DNA of 64,000 nt, from IMG/VR virus record IMGVR_UViG_3300010278_000172, one strand, 5' to 3'. The notes beneath the pieces are model-generated. The model saw only the letters and a list, made by a program, of their open reading frames with translations. It was not told the DNA's origin and searched no databases. This document shows, in pieces, positions 7,759 to 18,409 of the stretch. Numbering within the stretch: the stretch's first letter is position 1; each line of letters opens with the position of its first letter. The DNA is from an uncultured virus (IMG/VR IMGVR_UViG_3300010278_000172) (taxonomy: Duplodnaviria; Heunggongvirae; Uroviricota; Caudoviricetes). The translations under genes were made by a program, and so were the position numbers.

Positions 7759-10700
7759 AGATATTACATACAGCTGACTGGCATCTTGGAACATTCCGAA
7801 GCCCAGTCAAGGACGGAGTAAATCTCCGAACAGAGGACACGAAAAGATGTCTGGATGAACTGATCAGAGTGGCAAATGAGGAAAAACCGGATTACTCGCT
7901 TGTATCTGGTGACATATTCCATGTTGGCCGCCTGTGGTCCGACAGGTGCTGCGAGGAAATTATCACTGCAATTCATTATATCAGAGAGCTTGCGGCAGTA
8001 TCAAAGCAGGTCGTTGTTATGAGAGGCACTCCAAACCATGACGGATCAGGACAGTTCAATGTCCTATCTGAAATGTTTGCAGATGTTCCGAATGTTCATG
8101 TGGTGATTACCCCACAGGTAATTTCATTTGATGATGTTGATATTGCGGTGCTCCCGGGATTTGACAGGGGAGTGTTCAGAGCTAATCATCCGGGATTGTC
8201 AAGTGATGAAGAAAATGTGGTGTTTACCAATGAATTATCAAATATTGTAACAGGGCTGAAAGCACAATGCTCTCCAGAAAAGAAAAGTATTCTGATGGCA
8301 CATTATACGGTACCAGGATGCAATACCGAGAGCGGACAGACAATGATGCTCACACAGTTTGAGCCAATCATTCCGCAGGAGGCTTTATTGGCGGCCAATT
8401 ACAATCTGGTTGCTTTAGGACATATTCACAGACCACAGAAGATAATGCACAGAGACTGGTATTATTCCGGTGCGATAAATGCCATGAACTTTAATGATGA
8501 GGGACAGCAGAGGGGCTTTTGGATTCACAACTGGCACGAGCTGGGAACGTGGCAGAGTATTTTCCATGAAACACCTATCAGAGAGTTTGCAACCATTGAA
8601 CTCAATGATGATGATGTGACACAGATAAATATGCAGGCTATGGATTTTGTTGCTACTGAGAAGTGGAGAGGACAGATCGATGGAAAGATTGTCCGTGTTC
8701 ATTATAGCTGCACCGCAGAAAACAGCAAGGCTCTGAATAAGGCAACTTTGGAAAGAGAGCTTCTGGAAGACGGAGCATTTATGGTGTGGGAAATTCTTCC
8801 GGACAAAATAGATGAATTCGCCAACAGAACACAGCTTGAAAATGCCACGGATCCAGAAGCGAACCTTATTAAGTATCTTGAGGAAAAGCAGGTACCGCAG
8901 GAAAGAATACAGGAACTTGTATTAAAGGCAAGACCGATTATTGCTGAAGCTGAGGCAAACATGACAGCGACAGCAAATAGCGGAACATTTGAACCTGTAG
9001 AAATTGCTGTTAAGAATTATCGTAACTACGAAGAGGAAACATTTAATTTCGAGGATATCACTTTCTGCACAATCAACGGTCAGAATGGAGCAGGAAAGAG
9101 CAGCTTGTTTATGGATGCGATTATCGACTGCCTTTATGAAGAACCGAGAGAGGGTGTAATCAAGGATGATACAGGAAAGGCACCATGGCTTAGAAATGAT
9201 GAAAGTGTCCGTTCTGGTTCGATTATGTTTACATTCCGTATCGGAGAGAAAAAGTATCGTGTTACACGAACCAGAGCCCGTTCCGGAAAAGGAACTTTGA
9301 ATATCTCCCAGCTTGTTGAGAATGAATGGAAAGATTGTTCCAAAGAACGATACAACGATACCCAGCAGGAAATATTGAACATCCTCGGAATGGACAGCTT
9401 TACATTCAAGTCATGTGCTCTGATTATGCAGGATCAGTACGGATTATTTCTACAGGCGAAACCAGAGGAAAGAGTTGAAGTCCTTGGAACACTTCTTGGA
9501 CTTGGAGTGTATCAGCTAATGGAGAGAATCGCTTCTGACAAGGCGAAAGTGAATGGGGCTAAGAACAGGGATTTGAAGCAGGAAATCACAATTCATAATG
9601 TTACAATTGCAGAATTTGGCAAGCCGGACGAAGAACTGGAAGCATGCAAGACGGAATTGACAGAGCAGGAAGCCAGACTGCAGGCAAAGATTAATGAGAG
9701 AGACCAGAAGAAACTTATCCTGTCGAATCAGCAGGAAGCCGCAGAAAGGCGAAAGAAAGCTCTTGCAGCTGTTACAACCTTACAGGCAAAAAAGACCATT
9801 GCAGAGCAGAACAGAGCTACACAGCAGGCGATAGCAGACAGTAGTTCGGCAACTCTCGCCCAGAAGCCTGAAATAGAGGAAAAGATTGCTGAAAGAAATG
9901 ATTTGTTGAAGCGGGAACTGGAACTTGCAGGACAGTCAGCACTCTATACCACAAAGAAACAGGAGGCTGAAAATCTTGCAAAGCAGGCTGAAAGTGAACA
10001 GAAGAACATTCTGGAGTTGCAGGCTGCTTTACAGAAGAAACAGGATGAAAAGAATGCAATGATACTGGATTCGGTCAATGATGGTGAGGTCAGGCAGAAA
10101 GCCGAAACATACACCAAAAAGAAAGCAGAGTTAGAGGATATGCAGGAAAAAGCTGTTGCATACCAGAAAGCAAAAACCGAATACTCTGCGGCAGTTTTCC
10201 ATGAAAGCGAGACAAGGTCAAGCTTTGACAGGGAGAAGCAGAAAGCGGACGAGCAGAAACAGGTTCTTGAAAAGAAAGTTGCAATTTTGAACGAATCAGG
10301 ATGTGTGGATATCGAGAAAGCACACTGTAAATTCTTGCAGGATGCCATTGAAGCAAAGGAACAGCTGGCAGTACATGAGGCATTGTATGTAGACATTGCC
10401 GCTCGTAGAGATTGCGAACTTGAAAAGAGCAGACAGGCAATAGCGGACAAACAGGCTGAAATGGATGCGATAGGATATGATGCGGCTGCTTTAACAGTCC
10501 TGCAAAACGAATGTGCAACATTGCTTCCGTATGTGGCACAGCTCGAAAAAATCAACCAGAGGGAAAACAATCTCGCTTTGATTAAGGCGGCTTTGGAACA
10601 TTTAAAGTCAAATATATCAGAAGCAGAAAACAGGCTTGCTGAGGTCAAATTAAAGGGCACACAGGCAGAAACAGAGCGTGATATATATGCCAAAGCGTTT

Positions 10701-11600
10701 GAAGAACATGTGCATGTGCTTAGTGCCATTACTGCTCTTGATCCGTGGGTAGAAAAGGAAAAAATGCTCCCAGTAGCAGAGGAAAGAAATGCAACAGCAT
10801 TGAACAGGGTTCTGGAGTTGACAGCAGAAATTACCGGTATCGATGATGAAATCTCAGAGAGACAGGCAGAGGCTGATAAAGAGATACTTGCTATTGCGGG
10901 AATGGAAGAGGCTCAGGCGATTGTAAACGGACTGGATACAGAAGTGAATGCCATTAACAGCATGGTAAAGGAAAAACAGATGCGAATTGGAGCTTTACAG
11001 CAGAAATCGGAACAGATTGCAAAGTTGAAGCAGGATATTGCAGCTTTACAGGACAAGCAGGTGGAATATGCCAAGGAGACAGCTGATTACGATACATTGA
11101 AAGTCGCATTTAGCCAGAGCGGTGTGCCACATCAGATTATCCGTTCTATTATTCCACATCTGACAGCTACAGCAAATACCATTCTTGGACAGATGACTGG
11201 CGGAAAAATGGGAGTGGAGTTCAGACTGGAGAGACTCCAAAAAAATGGAAAGGAAAAGGTATCTTTGGATATTTACATCGAGGAATATGGTAAGTCGGTG
11301 CTTCCATACCTTTCAAAATCCGGTGGAGAGAAAGTTAAGTCTTCATTATCGGTAATTCTTGCATTGGCAGAGATTAAATCATCTTCAGCAGGAATCCAGC
11401 TCGGAATGCTCTTTATTGATGAACCTCCATTCTTGGACGGGGACGGAATACAGGCATATTGCGACGCATTGGAGACAATACAGAGCCGATACAGCAACAT
11501 TAAAATAATGGCTATCACTCATGATCCGACAATGAAAGCCAGATTCCCTCAGAATTTGGATGTAGTCAAAACGGAAAATGGTAGCAAGGTAATTTATTAA
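7755..11600 (+). CDS. Single-chain SbcD(Mre11)-SbcC(Rad50) nuclease-ATPase fusion
   Basis: Metallophosphoesterase motifs HTADWHLG, GDIFH, NHD, ALGHIH, then Walker A GQNGAGKSS, long coiled coil, KSGGE signature, LFIDE Walker B, ITH switch. Confidence 0.92.
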   Translation: MKILHTADWHLGTFRSPVKDGVNLRTEDTKRCLDELIRVANEEKPDYSLVSGDIFHVGRLWSDRCCEEIITAIHYIRELAAVSKQVVVMRGTPNHDGSGQFNVLSEMFADVPNVHVVITPQVISFDDVDIAVLPGFDRGVFRANHPGLSSDEENVVFTNELSNIVTGLKAQCSPEKKSILMAHYTVPGCNTESGQTMMLTQFEPIIPQEALLAANYNLVALGHIHRPQKIMHRDWYYSGAINAMNFNDEGQQRGFWIHNWHELGTWQSIFHETPIREFATIELNDDDVTQINMQAMDFVATEKWRGQIDGKIVRVHYSCTAENSKALNKATLERELLEDGAFMVWEILPDKIDEFANRTQLENATDPEANLIKYLEEKQVPQERIQELVLKARPIIAEAEANMTATANSGTFEPVEIAVKNYRNYEEETFNFEDITFCTINGQNGAGKSSLFMDAIIDCLYEEPREGVIKDDTGKAPWLRNDESVRSGSIMFTFRIGEKKYRVTRTRARSGKGTLNISQLVENEWKDCSKERYNDTQQEILNILGMDSFTFKSCALIMQDQYGLFLQAKPEERVEVLGTLLGLGVYQLMERIASDKAKVNGAKNRDLKQEITIHNVTIAEFGKPDEELEACKTELTEQEARLQAKINERDQKKLILSNQQEAAERRKKALAAVTTLQAKKTIAEQNRATQQAIADSSSATLAQKPEIEEKIAERNDLLKRELELAGQSALYTTKKQEAENLAKQAESEQKNILELQAALQKKQDEKNAMILDSVNDGEVRQKAETYTKKKAELEDMQEKAVAYQKAKTEYSAAVFHESETRSSFDREKQKADEQKQVLEKKVAILNESGCVDIEKAHCKFLQDAIEAKEQLAVHEALYVDIAARRDCELEKSRQAIADKQAEMDAIGYDAAALTVLQNECATLLPYVAQLEKINQRENNLALIKAALEHLKSNISEAENRLAEVKLKGTQAETERDIYAKAFEEHVHVLSAITALDPWVEKEKMLPVAEERNATALNRVLELTAEITGIDDEISERQAEADKEILAIAGMEEAQAIVNGLDTEVNAINSMVKEKQMRIGALQQKSEQIAKLKQDIAALQDKQVEYAKETADYDTLKVAFSQSGVPHQIIRSIIPHLTATANTILGQMTGGKMGVEFRLERLQKNGKEKVSLDIYIEEYGKSVLPYLSKSGGEKVKSSLSVILALAEIKSSSAGIQLGMLFIDEPPFLDGDGIQAYCDALETIQSRYSNIKIMAITHDPTMKARFPQNLDVVKTENGSKVIY

Positions 11601-11651
11601 GTCAGGAGCTGGAGGGGGGCACTCTCCAGCATCCGAAAGGAGGATGATCGA

Positions 11652-12437
11652 ATGCCAAACAGGATAATCAAGGAGAGCATCTGCAGGAGCGAAGAAATAG
11701 ATTCTTTATCTTGGTTCGAGGAAGTTCTGTTTTATAGATTGATTGTAACCTGTGACGACTTCGGCAGATACGACGGAAGAGCAAAGATAATCAAGGGAAG
11801 CTGCTTTCCTCTGAAAGATATTACGGAAAAAGATATAGATAAGGCGCTTGGTAGGTTGTCGGCGGTGGGCTTGGTCAGAGTGTATGAGGCACAGGGAAGA
11901 CCGTACCTGCAATTGGTAACTTGGGCGGATCATCAGAGAATTCGTAATCAAAAGAGCAAGTATCCCGGATTTTCAGAGGATTGTGAATTGCTGACATTTG
12001 ACAGCAAAGGTCAGCAGATAAAAACATCAGACAACAAATGTGTCCGTAATCCAATCCAATCCGAATCCAAATCCGAATCGGAAACCAATACAAATATATG
12101 CTCCGAGCAGACAGTAGCTGCGGAGCCGCCAGTAATAGGTATCATGATGAATACTGGTGAAGAATACCCGATTACACAGAGTTATGTTCTTGAACTCGCA
12201 GAATTATATCCTGCTGTTGACATTATGCAGGAACTAAGAGCGATGAAAGGCTGGTGTGATGCTAATCCAAGGAAACGGAAAACAGCAGGAGGAATGAAAC
12301 GATTTATCAATGCTTGGATTTCAAAGGTCCAGAACAGAGGTGGAACACCTGGTTATACGCAATCTTACAGTCAGACAGCCGGCGGCTCAAAGGTAGAGCA
12401 GTTTGCACAAGGAGCAAGGGAGTGGGCGAATGAATAA
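11652..12437 (+). CDS. Phage replication initiator / replisome organiser
   Basis: MPNRIIKESI...DDFGR N-terminus typical of phage initiators; central low-complexity linker with DNA repeats; followed by loader gene. Confidence 0.75.
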   Translation: MPNRIIKESICRSEEIDSLSWFEEVLFYRLIVTCDDFGRYDGRAKIIKGSCFPLKDITEKDIDKALGRLSAVGLVRVYEAQGRPYLQLVTWADHQRIRNQKSKYPGFSEDCELLTFDSKGQQIKTSDNKCVRNPIQSESKSESETNTNICSEQTVAAEPPVIGIMMNTGEEYPITQSYVLELAELYPAVDIMQELRAMKGWCDANPRKRKTAGGMKRFINAWISKVQNRGGTPGYTQSYSQTAGGSKVEQFAQGAREWANE

Positions 12438-13071
12438 ACAGCAATTTGCGACATTGGCAATCGGAATTAAATCCGCATATCCAGCTTCAAAAATACTCGA
12501 AGATAATGCCTCAATGGATTTTTGGTATATGACACTTAAAGATATTCCGTATGAGATTGCTGAAAATGCTGTTATGGAGCATATTTGCACAAATGTTTTT
12601 CCACCCAATATAGCTGAAATAAGGAAACTATGTATGGAAAGGTGCAAGCCCAAAATCCTGAGTTTTGATGAAGCTTGGGGAGTGGTACAAAAAGCTATGG
12701 CAGATTACGGATGGTATCATCCGCAGGAAGCATTCGCAATAATGGACGAACTGACATTGTCGGTGGTCAAAAATTTGGGATGGAGCAGGCTGTGCCAGAG
12801 CGAAAATCCAACTGCGGAAAGGGCGAACTTCCGAGAGGCATATATGAGAAAAGCTGCGGAGGCACAAAATACAAATTCGCTTCCGGATTTCGTCGCACAG
12901 AACAAGGCATTACTGCAACAACATTATGTACCGGCGATAGAAAAGAAAGAAGTGCCAAAGATAGAAAGTGAAGATAAACCAGAACCGATGCAGCTTACAG
13001 AAGAACAGCTGGAAGAAAGAAAACGAATGTTTGAGGAGGCAAAAAGGAGGATTTTAGGTGGCAAAGCATAG
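12430..13071 (+). CDS. Replicative helicase loader/inhibitor (SPP1 G39P-like)
   Basis: WYMTLKDIPYE...FPPNIAEIR motif; position after initiator. Confidence 0.7.
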   Translation: MNKQQFATLAIGIKSAYPASKILEDNASMDFWYMTLKDIPYEIAENAVMEHICTNVFPPNIAEIRKLCMERCKPKILSFDEAWGVVQKAMADYGWYHPQEAFAIMDELTLSVVKNLGWSRLCQSENPTAERANFREAYMRKAAEAQNTNSLPDFVAQNKALLQQHYVPAIEKKEVPKIESEDKPEPMQLTEEQLEERKRMFEEAKRRILGGKA

Positions 13072-13891
13072 TGAAGCTATACAGGGGACTGAAAAGGAAT
13101 TTTTAGACGAATTTCAAAAACTCTGTTATTCACGAAGTTCTTGGCAGGTGTGGGCCGACTTGATGGCAGCTATGGCATGTTCAATCAGCAATGTGGCTGA
13201 CAGAAGCCCGGAGCATTATGAGAGCAGAGAAAAAGAATATGCACAATGCATAGAGAGACTTGGTTCTGTGGAAGTTCCTGCAAAAATGCTTGCAATCATT
13301 GTTGAAGCCTTAGAAAGAAATCCAGAACAGGATTTTCTTGGGGCTATGTATATGCAGTTAAATCTAGGAAATCACTGGAAAGGACAGTTTTTCACACCGT
13401 ATTGCGTATGCAAGATGATGTCTGAAATAACCTGCGAGGATGTTGACAGCCATATCGAGAAGCAAGGGTATTTATCTATATGCGATCCTGCCTGCGGAGC
13501 GGGTGCAACATTGATAGCTGCCGCAAATACTATGAAGAAATGCAAACATAATTTTCAAAATCATGTGGTTTTTGTTGCACAGGACATAGACAGAATAACT
13601 GGGATGATGTGTTACATACAGCTTTCACTTTTGGGATGTGCAGGATATGTGTGTATAGCAAATACGATTACAAATCCTTTGACGGGGCATGTACTGTTCC
13701 CTAATGAAAAAGATGGACAGGAACTCTGGTATATGCCAATGTTTCAAAATCAAATATGGACATGGAGAAGATTGTTCCAGTCAATGGGCGGTCTTGGTGG
13801 AACTGCAACCACCGAAAAAACAGTGGAAAAAGAGCACTTTTATATGTTTTTCGATTTCGATAAAAAGGAGGAAGCCTATGGAAACAGGTAG
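13058..13891 (+). CDS. N-6 DNA methyltransferase-like SAM-binding protein
   Basis: GQFFTP and DPACGAG motifs; no canonical NPPY/NPPF seen. Confidence 0.7.
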   Translation: MAKHSEAIQGTEKEFLDEFQKLCYSRSSWQVWADLMAAMACSISNVADRSPEHYESREKEYAQCIERLGSVEVPAKMLAIIVEALERNPEQDFLGAMYMQLNLGNHWKGQFFTPYCVCKMMSEITCEDVDSHIEKQGYLSICDPACGAGATLIAAANTMKKCKHNFQNHVVFVAQDIDRITGMMCYIQLSLLGCAGYVCIANTITNPLTGHVLFPNEKDGQELWYMPMFQNQIWTWRRLFQSMGGLGGTATTEKTVEKEHFYMFFDFDKKEEAYGNR

Positions 13892-14825
13892 AAATGTAAT
13901 GCACTACGCATTAGGAGATAATCAAGATTACGAACACGAATGGAGCAAAGCTGTTCTTGAGTATCTGGAAAACGGATATTCTTCGGAAGATAGCAAGAGC
14001 GAAGTTGAGGTAGGGAATACTACCTACAAGATATTAAAGAGAGAGAAAGTAACCGCATTCTATGACGCTGACGGTAACACATTGTTTGATATAGAGAACG
14101 ACAGATTAAAAGAAGAATATGAGGCTATGGAAAGCCTGGATGAAACAGAGCCGAAGTCAGAGATTGGAAGAGCCATTGCAGGGATTGAGAAACAGGCATT
14201 TGAGCAGGCGGTTGATGATGATATAGATGCAGATGATACGGTCCCGATGGGAACAGCAAGTCTTAAAGAAATTGTGGAAGGAATTCCAGCACCTACATCA
14301 GAAGAAGTTGAAGCTGAAAAGAAAAATAACAGTTCTGTTTATATCGGAGTTGTTGGAGCAGTTACGAAGTTGCAGGAGGAATTGAAAAAGGCTAAGGATA
14401 AAGCTTTTGCAGATCCTGTTATCAAACATTTGATTGAAAGATGCGAGGAATCGGAAAGCTTAGCTTCAGATATATGCCAGGACCATAAAACTTGGGAGAA
14501 ATGTTATAAGTACATTTATGAGCAGGCAAGGAAACAGGCAAAAGGAAGTAGTTGCGCAGTTCGTGATGATGTGGTTTATGAATGGGCTGAGGATTATTTC
14601 CATAAAGACGATAAGGCTGAGGAGGATAAAAAAGCTAAAGAAGCTGCGGAGAGAAAGAAAAAGCAAGATGAAAAGACTAAGGCAGACAGTAAGAAAAAGG
14701 AAGTTTCCAAGCCAGCAGTAGAGCCGGAGAAAAAAACAGAGGCACCAAAGCCAGAGGCAAAGCCTAAAAGGAATAATAAGGACATGGATGGCCAGCTTGA
14801 TATGTTTTCTCTTTTAGGAATGTAG
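13878..14825 (+). CDS. PcfK-like protein
   Basis: C-terminal KTWEKCYKYI...AVRDDVVYEWAEDYF; directly upstream of PcfJ; ends QLDMF. Confidence 0.6.
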   Translation: METGRNVMHYALGDNQDYEHEWSKAVLEYLENGYSSEDSKSEVEVGNTTYKILKREKVTAFYDADGNTLFDIENDRLKEEYEAMESLDETEPKSEIGRAIAGIEKQAFEQAVDDDIDADDTVPMGTASLKEIVEGIPAPTSEEVEAEKKNNSSVYIGVVGAVTKLQEELKKAKDKAFADPVIKHLIERCEESESLASDICQDHKTWEKCYKYIYEQARKQAKGSSCAVRDDVVYEWAEDYFHKDDKAEEDKKAKEAAERKKKQDEKTKADSKKKEVSKPAVEPEKKTEAPKPEAKPKRNNKDMDGQLDMFSLLGM

Positions 14826-14837
14826 GAGGCGATATGG

Positions 14838-16919
14838 ATGAAAAAGAAAGATTTAAAAGACATACCGGTCTCAAAAGTAAATCTGGAAACAATACATGAT
14901 ATTGCTGCTGCGGGCAAGGGCAAACGAGGTGTGATTTCCACACAAAAGAAAAAAGTTGGTGCTGAGGAAACATTGATACTTAATGTATATCAGACCAGTG
15001 GAAGAAATAAGAGAGATATTTCGTTGATGTTTAGAGTGTTCTGCCAAAAGGAGAATTACATAACGCTTGAAGTGGAATGCGGCAAATGGAGAACGGGAGC
15101 CTTACTCAATCTGGTTTGCCGGGAATCGGGTTGGGCGGAATATTGGTGGAGCTATGAACAGCTTGAGTTCCTAACGGATATGGATGCAAAGAGAGCGGAG
15201 AGTACATTTAGAAAATGGCTAAAAACCAGAGATGAATGTGGTGTACGACCTGCATTTGCACTGTTGGAACGCTATCAGGATAAAGTCAAAGCAATGAGGC
15301 TTGCAAAGAAACATAAGAAGGAAACAGATGTTATCGTTCAGGAAATGGAGCGATTCAAAGCTTTGCCAGATGATTACCAGACATTTGTTGAAGAAACGGT
15401 ATTCAAGGATGAAAATTATATTTTTTACAATACCGACAGAAAGGAAGCCTATTGCACAAGCTGCAAGCATACTTTCATCTTGGAAAATAAGCATTTGAAG
15501 CATAAGACAATACCTGTTTGGAATAACCAAGACGAGGTCAAACACAATCGAATCGTAAGGTGTCCGTACTGTAATAAATTCCTTCAAGCGAAAAGTGAGG
15601 GAATGAGCAGACAAAGTCTTGTATCGGTTGTATGGAGCGTGTTGGTTCAGCCAGATGGAGAAAACATTCTGACAAGATATTTTTGCCATGTAAAAGATTT
15701 CAGACTGGATTTTCATAATCCGAGAATAACCACAAGTGAAGGATACCGAACAATACACAGAGATAGCGGTGTCACTGATTATATGTGGGCGAGATATAAG
15801 AACACTGATATGAGGTGGTGCTATTACAGGGATAGATACACAGGATGGTACCCTCCGTCAGAATCAATATATCCAAGAAGTGTGGTTATGTATAACCAGG
15901 AACTTGCGGGCGATATAAAGGGGACCTGTATGCAATATAGTGTTCCAGATGTTTTTGTCAATAAGATTGCCGGCGATCCAAGATATTTTAACACACCATG
16001 GTTGATAGATAATTACTTCAACTCATACAGGAAATATCCATTTATAGAACAGCTGTTAAAGGTTGGATTCTATAGAATGACTAGAGAGTTTTTGGATGAT
16101 AACAGACAGAACGAAAATGTATTCAATAGCGGAAAGAGAAACATTATGGAAACCCTTGGAATCGGGAAAACACAGTACAACATGCTTCGAGAAGTTGGAG
16201 ACCCCAGCATAAGGGACTTGGAGATTCTTAGATATAAGCCAGACTTAAAGAGGGATGAATTCCAAACATTAAGATACATCACAGACAATGGACGAGCGAA
16301 TAATTACACAAATTACATTGACATGATGAAATACACCACTCTCCATAAGGTCTGCCGCTACATATCGGATAAGAAAATAAAATATGATCATGATTACTTT
16401 GATTATATCGGATGGATTGAAAAGATGGGCTATGACATGACCAACGAGTTTAATCTGTTCCCTAAAAACTTTGTGAATGTACACGATGAAATGTCAAAAC
16501 AGTATGTGAAATTCAAGGACAAGCAGGCGAGAGAAGATGCCAAGAGATTTAATCAGACCTTGAAGAAACTGAGAAAAGAAACAAAGGATGTTGAAGCAAT
16601 GAATCTCAACATAGAGGGACTGTTTATAAGGCTTCCGAATCGTTTAGAGGAACTGAAAAAAGAAGGAGAAGCATTACATCATTGTGTTGGCACCTATATG
16701 GAGAGAGTTAGAAAGGGAGAAACCATGATTTTCTTCATTCGGAGGAAAGAAGAGCCGGAGAAACCCTACTACACTTTGGAATGGCATGGGAAAGTAGTCC
16801 AGTGCAGAGGTTCTCATAATTGCGATATGACACCAGAAGTAAAAGCGTTTGTTCAGATATTTCAAGAAAAAATGACGGAATATGCGAGCGAACCCCCAAA
16901 GCATAGAAAGGCGGGATGA
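14838..16919 (+). CDS. PcfJ-domain protein
   Basis: C-terminal LKKEGEALHHCVGTY...IFFIR...PYYTLE...QCRG. Confidence 0.85.
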   Translation: MKKKDLKDIPVSKVNLETIHDIAAAGKGKRGVISTQKKKVGAEETLILNVYQTSGRNKRDISLMFRVFCQKENYITLEVECGKWRTGALLNLVCRESGWAEYWWSYEQLEFLTDMDAKRAESTFRKWLKTRDECGVRPAFALLERYQDKVKAMRLAKKHKKETDVIVQEMERFKALPDDYQTFVEETVFKDENYIFYNTDRKEAYCTSCKHTFILENKHLKHKTIPVWNNQDEVKHNRIVRCPYCNKFLQAKSEGMSRQSLVSVVWSVLVQPDGENILTRYFCHVKDFRLDFHNPRITTSEGYRTIHRDSGVTDYMWARYKNTDMRWCYYRDRYTGWYPPSESIYPRSVVMYNQELAGDIKGTCMQYSVPDVFVNKIAGDPRYFNTPWLIDNYFNSYRKYPFIEQLLKVGFYRMTREFLDDNRQNENVFNSGKRNIMETLGIGKTQYNMLREVGDPSIRDLEILRYKPDLKRDEFQTLRYITDNGRANNYTNYIDMMKYTTLHKVCRYISDKKIKYDHDYFDYIGWIEKMGYDMTNEFNLFPKNFVNVHDEMSKQYVKFKDKQAREDAKRFNQTLKKLRKETKDVEAMNLNIEGLFIRLPNRLEELKKEGEALHHCVGTYMERVRKGETMIFFIRRKEEPEKPYYTLEWHGKVVQCRGSHNCDMTPEVKAFVQIFQEKMTEYASEPPKHRKAG

Positions 16920-16922
16920 TAA

Positions 16923-17126
16923 ATGGCAGACAATCAGAGACACAGAATAAAGAATTTACTCCAGAAGCTCAATGATGAGGATAGAAATTCCCTCTGTTGC
17001 TTATTAGTGAAAGCTGGTTATGCGGTAAGGATTGGGAAAGAGCGGCCGGGAGGAAAAGGACAGACAATGTACTTTGTAGAGTATTGGGTGGAAGGAGATG
17101 ATACAAGTGCTGAAACAGGTAACTAG
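16923..17126 (+). CDS. Hypothetical protein
   Basis: Short ORF in operon. Confidence 0.55.
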   Translation: MADNQRHRIKNLLQKLNDEDRNSLCCLLVKAGYAVRIGKERPGGKGQTMYFVEYWVEGDDTSAETGN

Positions 17127-17373
17127 CTTGATAATACCGAAGTTTATTGCAAGAAAACCAAAAATCAAGCATGGAACATACAACAAGTATGGCTTTGTTA
17201 TTACACTTCATCAGTACTGCATATGTCCTAGATGTAACCATATCCTCAATGCCGGTCCAGATTATCAGCCGGATTATTGCAGTAAGTGCGGACAGCATGT
17301 TAATTGTTCAGATGTTCCATGGGAAGAGGAAGTTCAGCTTGGATATGTCAGAAAGGAGGAACGCCGTGAATAA
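17098..17373 (+). CDS. Zn-ribbon hypothetical protein
   Basis: CPRC...YCSKCGQ. Confidence 0.6.
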   Translation: MIQVLKQVTSLIIPKFIARKPKIKHGTYNKYGFVITLHQYCICPRCNHILNAGPDYQPDYCSKCGQHVNCSDVPWEEEVQLGYVRKEERRE

Positions 17374-18409
17374 ATCAAAAATTGAGTGGTGTGATCATAC
17401 ATGGAATCCGATTACAGGATGCCGACACAACTGTTCATATTGCTATGCAAGAAGAATGACCGCCAGATTTGCTGGAGATGTAAGACTGAATTTGATGGCG
17501 AAGAAAGATTATTCAATAGAGCCTGCGGCAGATAATTCAGACAATGTATTTGTTTTGGAAGAACCAATGCTAAATGAAACGGGAAATACATTGGTTTATC
17601 CATTTGGATTTGAACCTACATACCACAAGTACCGCATGGATTATCCGGAAAAGCTCAAAATGGGAAATAACATTTTTGTTGGGGCAATGGCTGACATATT
17701 TGGGAAATGGGTTCCGGACGAATGGATCAGAGATGTAATGGAAACCTGTTTGGATAACCCAATTCACAATTACCTGTTTCTTACAAAGAATCCGGAGAGA
17801 TATACGGAAGTTGGAGTGCCGGCGGGACTGGAAAATATGTGGTACGGAACAACCATTACCTGTGATGCGGATGCTGACAGATTTAATTATCTTCCTGCTG
17901 GATGCAATACGTTTGTCAGCATTGAACCACTAATGGGGGACATTGTTTCTAAGCATAATGTGATGTTTCGACAGGTTGATTGGATAATCATCGGAGCAGA
18001 GACGGGACGTAACAAAAATAAAATAGTGCCAGAACTGCAATGGATAAAAGATATCGTTGTAGAAGCTGATTATAATTCAGTGCCAGTTTTCATGAAAGAC
18101 AGTCTGATTCCGATTGTCGGGGAAGAAAATATGCGCCGAGAATTTCCAAAGCAGCTGCAACATTCAGAGATTAGCCCGAAGCTGAAAGCAAAGTTGTTTG
18201 ATGGCTGTGCATCATGCAAGGCTCATTTGAGAAAAAGCGAAATGATAACCCTGCTGGCAAGGTCAAAAAGAGGCGAACAGCCCAAACAATTCGGGTTTAT
18301 GTGCAGGGATTGCTTCAAGGAGTTTTGCAAAGGCCTTGGATTAGATATACCGGAGCTTATTGGATTGGCAGAGAGCGTAACGATAGGTCCAGGTGATGAA
18401 GATGAGTAA
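17366..18409 (+). CDS. DUF5131 (Gp37/Gp68-like, radical-SAM-like) protein
   Basis: SKIEWCDHTWNPITGC..NCSYCYA, LTKNP, SIEPL, WIIIGAETG; GTG start after AGGAGG. Confidence 0.85.
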   Translation: MNKSKIEWCDHTWNPITGCRHNCSYCYARRMTARFAGDVRLNLMAKKDYSIEPAADNSDNVFVLEEPMLNETGNTLVYPFGFEPTYHKYRMDYPEKLKMGNNIFVGAMADIFGKWVPDEWIRDVMETCLDNPIHNYLFLTKNPERYTEVGVPAGLENMWYGTTITCDADADRFNYLPAGCNTFVSIEPLMGDIVSKHNVMFRQVDWIIIGAETGRNKNKIVPELQWIKDIVVEADYNSVPVFMKDSLIPIVGEENMRREFPKQLQHSEISPKLKAKLFDGCASCKAHLRKSEMITLLARSKRGEQPKQFGFMCRDCFKEFCKGLGLDIPELIGLAESVTIGPGDEDE

